From a bacterium (GTDB lineage Bacteria; UBA8248), in assembly GCA_965213625.1 (NCBI GenBank), contig CBDBZU010000004.1:3872001-3936000 (forward strand): 64,000 nt of DNA, in the 5' to 3' direction. Position 1 is the stretch's first letter, and the number at the start of each line of letters is the position of its first letter. The notes beneath the pieces are model-generated. The model was not told where the DNA came from and did not search any database. It saw only the letters and a program-made list of their open reading frames with translations. A program made the translations under genes and the position numbers. This document shows positions 1-11,000 of this stretch, piece by piece.

Positions 1-841
1 GGTTGCCGGGTTCATGGGTCAAGGTAATATCCGAGAAGGCCCGCACGGCCATGGGAGCGCGATTCGGGGGCCGAGGCTTTTCCTCGTGTACCGTCACCGT
101 GAAGCTTTGCGAAACAGTGAGGCCAAAGGGGTCCGATGCTTCTACCGTGATGACCGCTGTCCCGGCGCGATTCGTATTCACGCTCAAGTAACTCGGATCA
201 GGATCCGATAGAAAAAAACTGATACCGGCACCGGCAACACTATTGTTGCTCGTAGATGCGACATAGCCCAGGCGGTCGAGATCCGGATCCGTAAAATAGG
301 TGCTAAGGTCTTCTGACAACCAACGTTGCGGGTTGCCGGGTTCATGCGTCAAGGAAAGATTCGAGAAGGCCCGTACGGCCGTGGGAGCGCGGTTCGGGGG
401 CCGAGGCTTTTCCTCGTGTACCGTCACCGTGAAGCTTTGCGAAACAGAGAGGCCAAACGGGTCCGATGCATTTACCGTGACGACCGCCGTCCCGGCTCTT
501 ATCGTTTCCATTACCAAGTAGTTCGGATTACTTCCCGCGACCCCGGCGCTGGCAACGCCTTGTTTGCTCACAGATGAGCTGTAGCCCAGACTATCGAGGT
601 CCGGGTCCGTAAAATAGGTGTCAAAGCCTTCGGACCTCCATCGTTGCGGATTGCCGGGTTCATGCGTCAAGGAAAGATTCGAGAAGGCCCGCTGGGCCGC
701 GGGAGCGCGGTTTCCGGGCGGGGTGATCATAACTTCTCTTCCAGAACCACCCCCACCGCCGCCACAGCCAGACAGTGTCAATACGAATATCACAGCAAAC
801 AAAAGCGCCAGGCATGAAGATGTAGTTTCTATGTGAAACAA
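1..841 (-). CDS. Surface lipoprotein with tandem cadherin-like/Ig-like (~106-110 aa) repeats; 3' end lies outside the window
   Basis: Manual minus-strand translation (absent from the ORF track because there is no stop in the window): signal/lipobox ...LALLFAVIFVLTLSGC-GGGGGGS, then repeats NRAP..RAFSNLSLTHEPGNPQRW...YFTDPDLD.LGY...GTAV.TV.ASDPFGL.VSQSFTVTVHEEKPRPP. DNA repeat units start at about 1, 331 and 649. TTG start at 841 is uncertain. Confidence 0.8.
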   Translation of the reverse strand, partial: MFHIETTSSCLALLFAVIFVLTLSGCGGGGGGSGREVMITPPGNRAPAAQRAFSNLSLTHEPGNPQRWRSEGFDTYFTDPDLDSLGYSSSVSKQGVASAGVAGSNPNYLVMETIRAGTAVVTVNASDPFGLSVSQSFTVTVHEEKPRPPNRAPTAVRAFSNLSLTHEPGNPQRWLSEDLSTYFTDPDLDRLGYVASTSNNSVAGAGISFFLSDPDPSYLSVNTNRAGTAVITVEASDPFGLTVSQSFTVTVHEEKPRPPNRAPMAVRAFSDITLTHEPGN

Positions 842-1047
842 CTTCTTGAGTCGAGTCTTATTCTTTGTGCTTGTGATGTAATTGATAATCCGTCCGCCTA
901 CAGATGGTGTCTTGCAAGACCTCGCCAAAAAACTTGGATGAATGTTACCCTAACTCCGCCATCCCGCATTGGTAACAAGCATTAGCCGATGAAAAATAAG
1001 GCAGAGTTCAGCTTTATAGTTCTTCGCCGAAAATTCGTAGTCAGAAA

Positions 1048-1196
1048 TCCCCCCTTCGTCCTGCGCAACCCGTCGCTCCACCTCACCCTGAGTAGTAGCG
1101 AAGCCGCGTATCGAAGAGCGAAATTCGCGTCCGCCGGAGAGATGCGTTTCCCCATCCTTCAGTACGACGCCTGCGCGCCTACTCAGGATGAGGGTT
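1048..1196. repeat. Palindromic intergenic repeat, CCTCA(C/T)CCTGAGTAG..CGTATCGAAG / CTTCGATACG..CTACTCAGGATGAGG family, copy 1
   Basis: Foldback arms CCTCACCCTGAGTAG (1081) and CTACTCAGGATGAGG (~1179); inverted homolog at 42104-42325 and further copies at 30233 and 42556. Confidence 0.8.
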
Positions 1197-1505
1197 CGAG
1201 AGCGCTTGCTCGGGACGAGATCGTCAAGCGTTCTGCGAGGCCCGATGCCGCGCAGTGGGACAATCCCGAGGAGGGGTTGTCGCTACGAAAGCGGCTTCTC
1301 GTTTCCCCTATCGGCAAAATGAGAATACGGGCCGACGCATTCCTCATGTATATCAGCATCATCCTCTCATCCCTGCTCCCGGTTCGTTTCCGGTTCTTTG
1401 AAATAGTAGTTTGATTCCGAAACAGAAGGAGATGTCTTCCGCCGGTATCCATTCGTCATTCTTGCGGCGTTCCTTGGACTGCCGGTTGATCCGGCGCGGT
1501 TTTCC

Positions 1506-3038
1506 TTATCTTATCCCGCCGAATGCTCCAAGAATTTTCTCCGTCGCATCATCCAGAATCCCGGCCGCCTCCTCGTGATTCGGGCCGTAAAACCTTCCCA
1601 TCACTTTTCCGCCTGTATCCGTGAACCCGTTTTCTTCCACCGTCACATCATACGCCAGACTGGATTTCCGCCATCCCGTGAGTTGAGCCTGCGCTTCCAC
1701 GTCAACTACCGAGCGAAGATTCATGAACTGCACCGTGCCGTCGAGCGTGTCGGCGGAAAGAACGATTTCCGCTTCGCCGAACACCGGAGCAAACTATTCT
1801 ATATCGGTAGCCAGCAAAGAGCCGTTCCACGTCAGCGTTCCCGTGTGCGCGTCGGCGAAATTCGTGAATGCCGGATTCCCGAAAACATCCGCATCCACCG
1901 TAATGCGATCGGTGATGCGCGTGGAAGAGAAAGTCAAGGTTCGAGCCGCTGTCACCACCCATGCTGAATGTTGCGCCTATGCGCCATAGCTGTATGCCTC
2001 AGGCTCCGTAGGATAGTCATCGGTCACGGTATAACCGATATCCTTCATGTAGGCGAAATCCATTTCATGGGGGATTGCAATTTCAGCGCCGCAATAGGAC
2101 ATGATCATGGGGCAGGCGCCCAGGTGGCCAAATTCCGGGTCGCCGTTGCGATCCTTCTGGAAGGCCACGTTCCGGCCCCCGTTGGCCGCCGTCAGCGCCG
2201 GGCCGGTCCACACCCCTCGCTCATAGTCCACGTATCGGGCGACCGTCTCCGGCCTCGGTCTACCATCGGGCCTCATATCATGCCCAATCGCGTGGCCAAT
2301 CTCATGAGCGGCGAGATAAGCGAACCACAATGGTCTTCTGTTGATGTCACCCGCCGCCAAATTAACCCAGCCTGTCCTGACCGTAAAATCCTCTCCTACC
2401 GTCTGATGGTACCGAAATGTCGCGCTGGAATAGCCCCATTCATAATCAATATTGGGATTCTCGAAATCAGTTTCAAAATCAAGAAGAATCCCGTCCACCA
2501 GACGCGGGATTTTATAACCGTTCTCATCCCTCCCCTTGCGGGTCACTATCAAATCCTTGGCCTGATAAGAACCGAGCACGTCCTTGAGCCTGTGGGACCA
2601 GGACTTTCCCGCCCTCTCGATGGTTCCCCGCACGTAATCAGGTAACGAATCAAAATACCCCTCAGACTCCCCGGTGAAGTCGATGTCGATCGTGTCCGTC
2701 GGACCCGACATCCGCTGCGCGTACGTGATCCCGTTTTTCGACCCCAGGACGGAATACCCCGACGCATCCAGACCATCGAACCGGGGGAGACTGCCGCCTC
2801 CTTCAAGACCGAAATAGGTTACGATCGGTTCGGTCGATTTCCACGTATCCCGAATATCCACCCCCGCAACATTCTCGATGCCGGAAGGTTCGGGGATATT
2901 TTCCATCTCTGGAGAACCCGGCATAACAACAGGTGTGGGAACAGAACCTCCGCCCCCTCCGCCACCGCACCCGGTCAGAACTGTAAGGGCCGCAAGAATC
3001 GTCACCGCAAGAATTGTCAATACTGTTCTCACATTCAC
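1506..3038 (-). pseudogene. Lipoprotein with HExxH zinc-metalloprotease domain and C-terminal TbpB/HphA-like beta-barrel, interrupted by two in-frame TAG stops
   Basis: ORF 1977..3038 has lipobox LTGC-GGGGGGGS and AAHEIGHAIGH. The same frame continues past TAG (1977-1979) and TAG (1794-1796) into ORF 1506..1784, which ends GRFYGPNHEEAAG...GAFGGIR, typical of TbpB-type barrels. Confidence 0.75.
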
Positions 3039-3258
3039 CTCTCTTTGTGAGCCCGCCCAGGAGACTTCTCAGGCGGAACATACAAGCAGTCAAACGAAAC
3101 CTCGACAAATTTGCCGGGACGTTGCGACAATAACAACGCAAATGAAGAATAGTTCCGTTTTTTACCCTTGCTCGTGGAGTTCCCCAATACCAGATTTATT
3201 TTTTTGTATTCGAATTATAGGTTCTTATAGCATACAATCAGGTAATGTCCCCGGAACG

Positions 3259-3983
3259 GGTCAAGTCCTGTAGATGCTGGATAATTTCTTTGGGCGCATA
3301 TCAGCTGAGGGCTACCAGATGTCGTTTTCCTCTTCGTAGTTCTGGTCCAGTTCCCGCCTCAGAGTGTCCATCTGGCGGCGCTCGAAGCCGGTGACCCTGA
3401 GCACCCGCCATCGCTCGGAAGCCCGGAGCAGGGCGGCGAACATGAGATTGAGCATCAGATTCTCCCAAAAGGCGTTGGGAATGTTCTTTATCCGTCGGCG
3501 CTCCTTGACTAACAAGCGCTTGAGCAGGTTCGTGGTGCGCACGGCCCGGCGGTGGTTGACGGGCGCCCGCAGGTGCGCGATGCAGGCTTCGAAGTCGTCG
3601 CGAAAGCACGCCACGGCTCCGGGCAATTCGGATTCGTAGTCCCTGACGATCCCTTCGGCCAGTTCCCGGGCGATGGCGCGCGAGGGGGTCTGGTAGGCCG
3701 CCTTGGCGCACGCCTTGAACTCCGGCCAAATGTCTTCGGGCGCCTTGGCCGCGAGGTTCCTCATCCGGTGCGCGAGACAGCGTTGCCGTTCCGAGCGCGG
3801 GAAACAGGTCTCGATCGCCTTGATGATGCCGGGCACTCCGTCGCTGACCACCAGCAGCGGGTCGCCCAGGCCGCGGGCGTGCTTGTCCTGGAAGAACGGG
3901 CTCACCGTCTCGGCGTCCTCCTTCGAGCCCGCCATCTGGCGCAGCAGGACCTTGGCGCCGTTCGCCGTGAATCCCCAGACCGC
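3259..3983 (-). mobile_element. IS256-family element remnant (C-terminal transposase half plus one probable terminal repeat)
   Basis: ORF 3312..3935 has mutator-type motifs LVVSDG..G, QRCLAHRMRN and RTTNLL.R; the frame breaks off at ~3983. Probable end GGTCAAGTCCTGTAGATGCTGGATAA at 3259-3284. Confidence 0.85.
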
Positions 3984-4208
3984 CCATGAAGACGAGGCTC
4001 AGGAACACTACCCATATCAGGGCGTTGTGGCTCAGGGGCAGGACGACGGTGACGTCCAAAAACATGAGCGTGTACCCAAAACCCAGTGGTGGAGAATACC
4101 GATCCGATAAGGAACCACCAGACGCCGCGCCTGTCCGCATAGACCCTGCCCTCATCTCCCAGGAACGGCTTCGTCGCGAGAAATACGAACTCCCCGGTTT
4201 TTCAAACA

Positions 4209-4237
4209 TTGCGAAAACGACACTGCATACTTATAAT
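4209..4237 (+). promoter_or_regulatory. Sigma70-type promoter for the PBP1A gene
   Basis: TTGCGA-17 bp-TATAAT, ending 16 nt before the TTG start at 4254. Confidence 0.6.
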
Positions 4238-4253
4238 AATCTGCCTCCGCTAA

Positions 4254-6524
4254 TTGCGGAGAGACGCTTCGAAAATTCGCCTCCCAAAGAGGACCACTCC
4301 GTTGTTGCCCCGTTCCGTACGCGGAAAAATAACCCTTATCACGCTGAGCGTGCTGGCCATTTTGTGCGGTTTGGGGATCGGCGCGAGCTTTACGTATCTA
4401 TACGATTTCCCCGAACTCGAGCGTCTCCATAACTACAAGCCGAACACGATTACGCGCATTTACGCCCGCGAAGGCGAGCTGATCGCAGAATTGTACCAGG
4501 AGAGAAGAAAACCCATCCCTTTGAAGCAGATCCCCACAAGGCTTCAGCAAGCGTTCCTGGCCATAGAAGACAGCCGCTTCTACGACCACCCGGGCGTGAG
4601 CTATCCCGATATTTTTCGGGCTTTCGTCAAGAACGTGCTCGCGGGCCAGTTCGTGCAGGGCGGCAGCACCATCACGCAGCAGTTGGCGAAAGTCCTCTTC
4701 CTGACGCCCGAGAGAAAACTCAAGCGAAAAATCCGCGAAGCCCTCCTGGCCCTCGAGATCGAGCGGCGCTTCACGAAAGACGAGATACTCGAATTCTATA
4801 TGAACCAAATCTATCTCGGCAGCGGGGCCTACGGGGTTCACGCAGCGGCCCAGATTTATTTCGGCAAAACGCTCGCCCAACTCACGCTGGCCGAATCCGC
4901 CATGATTGCAGGGCTGCCAAAAGCGCCCACGCGATTCAACCCCAAAACCAACCACGATAAAGCGCTGAAGAGACGCAACCTGGTGATAAACAGAATGCGG
5001 GTATCGGGCTTCATTTCCGCAGAGCAAGAAAAAATCGCCCTCGAGGAGCCAATCCAACTGGTTCCCCGGGTAGCCAACATCGCGCCCGAAGCCGCCTACT
5101 TCATCGAAAAAACACGCATCGGCCTCAGCCGCCGATATGGGCAAGCCCTCTACAAGAGCGGTCTTCAAATCCATACGACCATCGATATCGGCTTGCAGAA
5201 AATCGCTCACAAGGCGCTCATCAATGGAATCGAAAAGATAAACCAAAGGCGCGGCTTCAAGAGTCCTGAAACAAAAATAAAGAGGCCGCCGCGCCTTGGG
5301 GATGGATTCCAATTCCACATTCTGGACATCGCCGGGAAGCTGGTGAGCGGAATCATCGGGGAATACGAGGCGGAAATGCCTCTACCCAAGCACATCGACC
5401 CCAAAAGGCTCAGAGAAGGCGACCTGCTGCTGGGGCGCGTGATCAAGGTGGACCGCGCGTTGAAAAAACTCTTCCTGGAGTGGCAGGAGACCGTGCAGGG
5501 CGCGGTGATCGCGTTCGACGCGGGCACCGGAGCGCTCCGCGCCCTGAGCGGCGGGACCAACTTCCGCCGCTTCCCGTTCAACCGCGCCACCCAGGCGCGG
5601 CGCCAGCCGGGTTCGGCCTTCAAGCCCATCATCATGGGGACGGCCCTCTCCCAGGGCTACACGCCCGCCCACATACTCATGGACACCCCATTCGTCCGCC
5701 GGATGCCGGGGACGCTGAAGGACTGGAAACCCCGGAACTACACCAACAAGTTCTACGGCCCCGTGACCATGAGGAGGGCTCTGGAGTCGTCGCTCAACCT
5801 GGCGACCATCAAGCTGCTGGACCAGATGGGGCCCCAAAAGGCGGTCACGTTCGCACACCGGCTCGGCATCCAATCGAAAATGAACCCGTATCTCTCCCTG
5901 GCGCTCGGCTCCATCGAGGTGTCGCCGTACCAGTTCACGGCTTCCTACATTCCGTATGCGACACGAGGCGTATACGCGCGGCCCTATGAGATTACGAAAG
6001 TCACCGATGGCGGAAACCGGGTGCTGGAGAAGAACGTGCCCACGACGCACCTCGCCATCTCGCCCGAGACGGCATACCAGATGAAAATGCTGCTGCGCGG
6101 CGTCGTCACGAACGGAACCGGGAAAAAGGCCAAGAAGATCGGCGCGTTTCTGGCCGGAAAGACAGGCACCACGAACGAATTCCGGGACGCCTGGTTCATC
6201 GGCTTCTCCGAAGACCTCGTACTGGGCGTCTGGGTGGGCCGCGACGACAACAAGCACATGGGCTACCGGGCTTCGGGCGGCAGCGCGGCCCTGCCCATCT
6301 GGGTCGACGTGATGAAGGGCTGGTTCGAGGGCCGGGAATCGGAAGTCCGGAATCCCGAACCGCCGCCGGGCATCACCCTGGTGAAGGTGGATTCGCGCTC
6401 CGGGCAATTGCCCTCTGCCTGGTGCGAGGGGGAGCCGGTACTGGAAGCCTTCGTGGAGGGGACGGAACCCTCCGAGCCATGCGCCCGAAAATCGCGCCTG
6501 CCGGCGATACTGAGCGGCGGTTGA
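4254..6524 (+). CDS. mrcA: Penicillin-binding protein 1A (transglycosylase/transpeptidase)
   Basis: N-terminal TM; GT51 motifs EDSRFYDHPG and GGSTITQQLAK; transpeptidase motifs SAFK, SLN and KTG. Confidence 0.95.
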   Translation: MRRDASKIRLPKRTTPLLPRSVRGKITLITLSVLAILCGLGIGASFTYLYDFPELERLHNYKPNTITRIYAREGELIAELYQERRKPIPLKQIPTRLQQAFLAIEDSRFYDHPGVSYPDIFRAFVKNVLAGQFVQGGSTITQQLAKVLFLTPERKLKRKIREALLALEIERRFTKDEILEFYMNQIYLGSGAYGVHAAAQIYFGKTLAQLTLAESAMIAGLPKAPTRFNPKTNHDKALKRRNLVINRMRVSGFISAEQEKIALEEPIQLVPRVANIAPEAAYFIEKTRIGLSRRYGQALYKSGLQIHTTIDIGLQKIAHKALINGIEKINQRRGFKSPETKIKRPPRLGDGFQFHILDIAGKLVSGIIGEYEAEMPLPKHIDPKRLREGDLLLGRVIKVDRALKKLFLEWQETVQGAVIAFDAGTGALRALSGGTNFRRFPFNRATQARRQPGSAFKPIIMGTALSQGYTPAHILMDTPFVRRMPGTLKDWKPRNYTNKFYGPVTMRRALESSLNLATIKLLDQMGPQKAVTFAHRLGIQSKMNPYLSLALGSIEVSPYQFTASYIPYATRGVYARPYEITKVTDGGNRVLEKNVPTTHLAISPETAYQMKMLLRGVVTNGTGKKAKKIGAFLAGKTGTTNEFRDAWFIGFSEDLVLGVWVGRDDNKHMGYRASGGSAALPIWVDVMKGWFEGRESEVRNPEPPPGITLVKVDSRSGQLPSAWCEGEPVLEAFVEGTEPSEPCARKSRLPAILSGG

Positions 6525-6985
6525 TGAGGGAGCAGGACCGACATTCCCGGAGCGCATTCCCTCCGTCATCGTGAGCGTTTCAAGCCTCAGGCGAGTTCTT
6601 TCTCCGGCATGCAACCGCCATAATCACTGATATTCCGGGAAATGGCGGAACCCAAGGCGGGATTCCACCTCTCCCGCACATTGGACGCGCCGAGCGCGTT
6701 GCCGAACACTCTTACGCGCAAAACCGTCCGCATTCGCGGTCATCACAACGTTTCCGGGAAAAGGCGGAACCGCCACCCGGCGCGCAACTGGCCGCAATTG
6801 CCGTCGCGGCGGTTTCCCGGGCGCATGGCAGGATCGCCTGGCGATACCATGGGCCGTCCGTTTTTCAAAAATGGCGAATTCCTGAAAATATCGATAAATT
6901 TGGGTAAATAACGATAAATATATTCAGGATATGGAGTTGATATATATGGAGTTATATGGTTTTCTCGAAAAATGCCGCAAAAAGG

Positions 6986-7945
6986 CTATTCGCCGAAAAT
7001 CGCCTCGATGAAAGCTTCTGCGTCAAAATCGAGAAGGTCTTCCACCGCCTCACCCACGCCAACGTATATTATCGGTATGCCGCTCTCATAAGTGGCGCCC
7101 AACGCCACGCCGCCCTTGGCCGTACCGTCGAGCTTGGTGAGCACGAGGCCCGTTACGCCGAGCGCAGGGCCGAATTCCCGCACCTGGGAGAGCACGTTCT
7201 GCCCCGATGTCGCATCCAATACGAGCAGCACCTCATGGGGGGCCGAATCGATGAGGCGCTGGGTTACGCGCCTGAGCTTCTTCAGTTCTTCCATGAGATT
7301 GTGTTTCGTGTGCAGGCGCCCCGCCGTATCCACAAGCAATACGTCGACGCCGCGCGCCTTCGCCGCCTGAATGGCGTCATACACGACGGCGGAGGAATCC
7401 GCTCCTTCTTTGTGGCTGATGATTTCGCATCCGCTCCGCTCGGCCCAAATCGTCAATTGTTCACCGGCTGCGGCCCGAAACGTATCCCCCGCCGCGAGCA
7501 TGACTTTCCGTTTTTCAGCTGAGTACCGCGATGCGAGCTTCCCCGCCGTCGTCGTCTTGCCCACGCCGTTGACGCCTACCAGAAAAATAATTTGAGGTTC
7601 GCCCGCAGGAGGCTCCTGCGGCGTAAACGCAGGCGGAGATTCCGGGTATTCAAGACAAGAGCGCATGATTTCCTTAACGCGCGTCTGCGCATCCGCCCCC
7701 GCGCCCTCTCCCGCTTTCAATTTCCCCAGCAACGATTCGACGAGAGGAGGACCTAGATCCGCCATGTAGAGCACTTCTTCCAGTTCCTCGAGCGTATCCT
7801 CATCGATGCGTCCGGCGACCAAACCCTTCACTTGAGCGAGAAAACCACCTCGCGTCTTGGAGAGGCCGTCACGCAATCTGCCGAACCAGCCTTTTGCGCC
7901 ACCGCTGCTCTCCGTGCTTTCATTTTTCCTGGAATCAGACATCAA
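6986..7945 (-). CDS. ftsY: Signal recognition particle receptor FtsY
   Basis: [34 protein letters not shown]. Confidence 0.97.
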   Translation of the reverse strand: MMSDSRKNESTESSGGAKGWFGRLRDGLSKTRGGFLAQVKGLVAGRIDEDTLEELEEVLYMADLGPPLVESLLGKLKAGEGAGADAQTRVKEIMRSCLEYPESPPAFTPQEPPAGEPQIIFLVGVNGVGKTTTAGKLASRYSAEKRKVMLAAGDTFRAAAGEQLTIWAERSGCEIISHKEGADSSAVVYDAIQAAKARGVDVLLVDTAGRLHTKHNLMEELKKLRRVTQRLIDSAPHEVLLVLDATSGQNVLSQVREFGPALGVTGLVLTKLDGTAKGGVALGATYESGIPIIYVGVGEAVEDLLDFDAEAFIEAIFGE

Positions 7946-8044
7946 AGGCGTTTTCTCCGGCCCAAACCTAACAAAACCAACCCCGGCGACAATGCGCCGG
8001 GGTCATTTTCTACAAAGTCTTTCGTGAAAATTCTGCAGATGTTC

Positions 8045-11000
8045 CTACACACTCGATTCCAGCACCGCTTCTCCCACGCCATTCACCCTCTCATCCTCGC
8101 GGTTCAACTTTACGGAGACGATTTCTGAAACACCTTTTTCTCTTTGCGTCACGCCGTAGAGCTGATTCGCGTATGACATGGTCTTTTTGTTGTGTGTGAT
8201 GATGATGAACTGGCTCTGCCCCTCGAGTTCGGCAAGAACCTCGCGAAAACGTCCGACATTGGCGTCATCAAGGGTGGCGTCCACCTCGTCGAGGATGCAA
8301 AACGGACTCGGCCGAACGCTGAAGACTGAAAACAATAGAGAAATAGCGGTGAGCGCCTTCTCCCCAGCGGAGAGAAGCATGATGTTCGAAGGACGCTTGC
8401 CCGGGGGTTTCACCTCGATGTCGACGCCCGTCTCCAAGGGGTCGTTCGGATCGAGCAAGAACATGCGCGCCTCACCTCCCTGGAAAAGACGTCCGAAGAT
8501 ATCCGCGAAGGCATTGCTCACCTCCTCGAAAGCCGCCAAGAAGCGGGATTTCGTCGTCTTGTTCAGCTTTTCAATCGTAGTGTGTAGATCGGCGATGGAG
8601 TTTTCGAGATCCTGCTGCTGCTCCTGTAAAAACACAAATTCCTGGTTGATCTCATCGTATTCTTGCGCGGCCAGAGGATTCACCTCTCCCATCCGGGAAA
8701 GCCTTTGATTCAGCATCTCCAGGCGATTCAATATCTCCTGATACTGGGGCAGTTCATCCCGTCGACTCTCGGCAGTTTCCTCAAGATCGATCTGATATTC
8801 CGCCTCGGCGGATTCCAGCAGTGATTCCCGTTTTACGCTGAGCGTCGTTCGCAATTCCGCAGCATCGCTTACCGCAGCGTTCAAGCGTGAAGCCTTCTCC
8901 TTCATCTCTCGAATCGAATCACCAAGTTCCTCATCCCGCGATTGCATTTCCCTCAAAACGCGGTCTCGCTCTGCTTGCTCGGCTGCTACTTTGGCTTTTT
9001 CATTCTGAAGAACGAGTATCTCCTCTTCACTCTGCGCGATGCTCTCTTGAAGGCGCTCTCTTTTCTCTATCGATTCGCGCTGTTCTCCTTCTTTGCGAAC
9101 CTTGCGAGCCGAATTCTGAGATATGCCATCTACTATCCGCTGGAATTCGGCCTGGCCGCCGGCAACTTTTCCGTTGATTTCCGCCAAGGCGACTTTCTTA
9201 TCCGTCACATGGGCATCGACTTCTGAATTCCGCAGGCCGGCATCGCTCACTTTTTTCTCGATTCCCTGGATGCGCGAGGTGCACTCCACGATCTTCTTTT
9301 CGGAGCGAAGACTTTCATCTTGCGCCGACTGGAATACGTCCACGAGACGCATCTGCTCCGCTCGTAGTTGCTCTCGCGCAGCTTCGAGCGTGGCAAGCCG
9401 TTTTTTCAACTCTTCGTACCTGCCTTCCGCCGCCCGGAGGGCTCCCTCTCCCTCCACGCGCATCACTTCAGCCCGCTGATATGCCTCGATCGCATGGCGG
9501 CTACTTTGCTCCGCTTTCGTAAGTTGCTCGCTCAATTTTTGAGAATTCGGTCCTAATTCAATCAGTTGCGCCTTAAAATGTTCAACCTTCAGTCGCATCT
9601 CCTCACATCTTCGGGAACGCTCCAAAAAACCCTCATTACGGGTCAAGCCACCTTCCACCACACCATTTGCGTGAATAATTTCACCATCCAAAGTCACGCA
9701 AACGACGCCCTGCGGCCCATTGCACCATGCCGCCTGCGCGGCATCGATATCCTCCACCACAACAATATTTCCGAGGAGCGACTGAACGAGATGGCGATAG
9801 CCAATGTCACAACGAACGAAATCCGCAGCCACACCCAGAACACCCTCTCCCAACGGGACGACGGCGCCTGGCTGAGCACCGGCTTCGGTTGGCAGGGCTA
9901 CGCCACGTCCGGCTTCGGAACTCATCAACGCGCGAATCGCATCTACGGCATCGCCAGGAGTATTTACGACCACACCCAACAACTTATCTCCAAGCGCCGC
10001 TTCGATGGCTTTCTCAAATTTTGGATCGACACGAATGACTTCAGAAAATGTCGCAATAACTTGAGCGCCACGAGATATGAACGCTTCCGCATCCGCGAAT
10101 CCGCTCTCCCCGGAACCCAAAACGCCCTCCAGGGCCGAGAGGGCGGATTTCGCTTCCATCAAAGATTCTTTCGTTCCAGCCACGGATTCTTCATGGCGGG
10201 TCAACAACTCGGCCGCCCGTTCACGCTCGGATATTGCCTGTTCAAGCTCTTGTTTTGCCTGGCATTCAGATGCAACCAACAATTCTAGCCGGTTTTTCGC
10301 AACATCTACGTCGCTTTGGGTCAATTCGAGTTGGCCATTGATCTCCTCGATTTCTTTGCCTGTCTTCTCCGTGGACTCAGCCAGTCCCTCGCGCCTCGAT
10401 TCGATGGAAGCAATCTGCTGACGCGCCGCACTCAAGCGTTCTCTTTCCTCCTCTTGCGTGCGTCTGGCCTCATCGAGAACCCGCTCGAATTCTTTCAAGT
10501 TCTCACGAACGGCGGCTAACTCCGCCGCGCTGACGTCATACTCATGGCGCGCTAGAACAGATTGTTCTGTAAGCGCATCGAGTGTGGATGCAAGTCTGAT
10601 TCTTTCATTCTCAAAGGTCGTTATTTCGGCATCGAGAGTCTGGATTTCCTCCGCGCGACGCTCATCTTCCGTGTCGAGTTCCGCGAGGCGGTTGCCCTGC
10701 ATTTCAACTCGATTTTCCAGACGCTGAAGGGAACCCTCCACTTCCGTCGCACGTTGGCGGGTTTCCGCCAACGCCTCTGTGCGCTCGGTGAGCAGAAAAC
10801 GCCCGCTTTCCCTTTCAGCATCAAGAGAAGATATTTTCGTCGCCACCGCTTGTTCTTCATCTTTGATACGGGCATACGCTTTTTCCGCCGGAACAAGCTC
10901 ATCCACGAGTTCGAGGTAGTCGAGCGCCATAATTCTTTGGGAAAGATCGGCAACTTCAGTTTGATATTCCTTATGAAAAGTCGCTTTCCTCGCTTGACGG

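Noticed and set aside
1-720. CRISPR array or DGR template/variable repeat pair
   Set aside because: The repeats are 318-330 bp in-frame protein domains, their differences are not adenine-specific, and there is no reverse transcriptase or cas gene.
989-1452. ORFs 989..1414 and 1183..1452
   Set aside because: They read through a palindromic repeat and have no protein-like motifs.
1794-1979. Genome-wide TAG recoding as the explanation for the two amber codons
   Set aside because: smc, rnc, fabF, acpP, rplQ and rpoA all end in TAG at or near their expected C-termini, so TAG is a normal stop. No pyl genes are in the window.
4105-4205. Possible structured ncRNA upstream of mrcA
   Set aside because: No tRNA, tmRNA, SRP, 6S or riboswitch motif recognisable and no clear terminator.
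3301-4209. 302-aa ORF spanning the IS256 remnant
   Set aside because: Chimeric frame across a deletion junction; the transposase is in the 3312..3935 frame.
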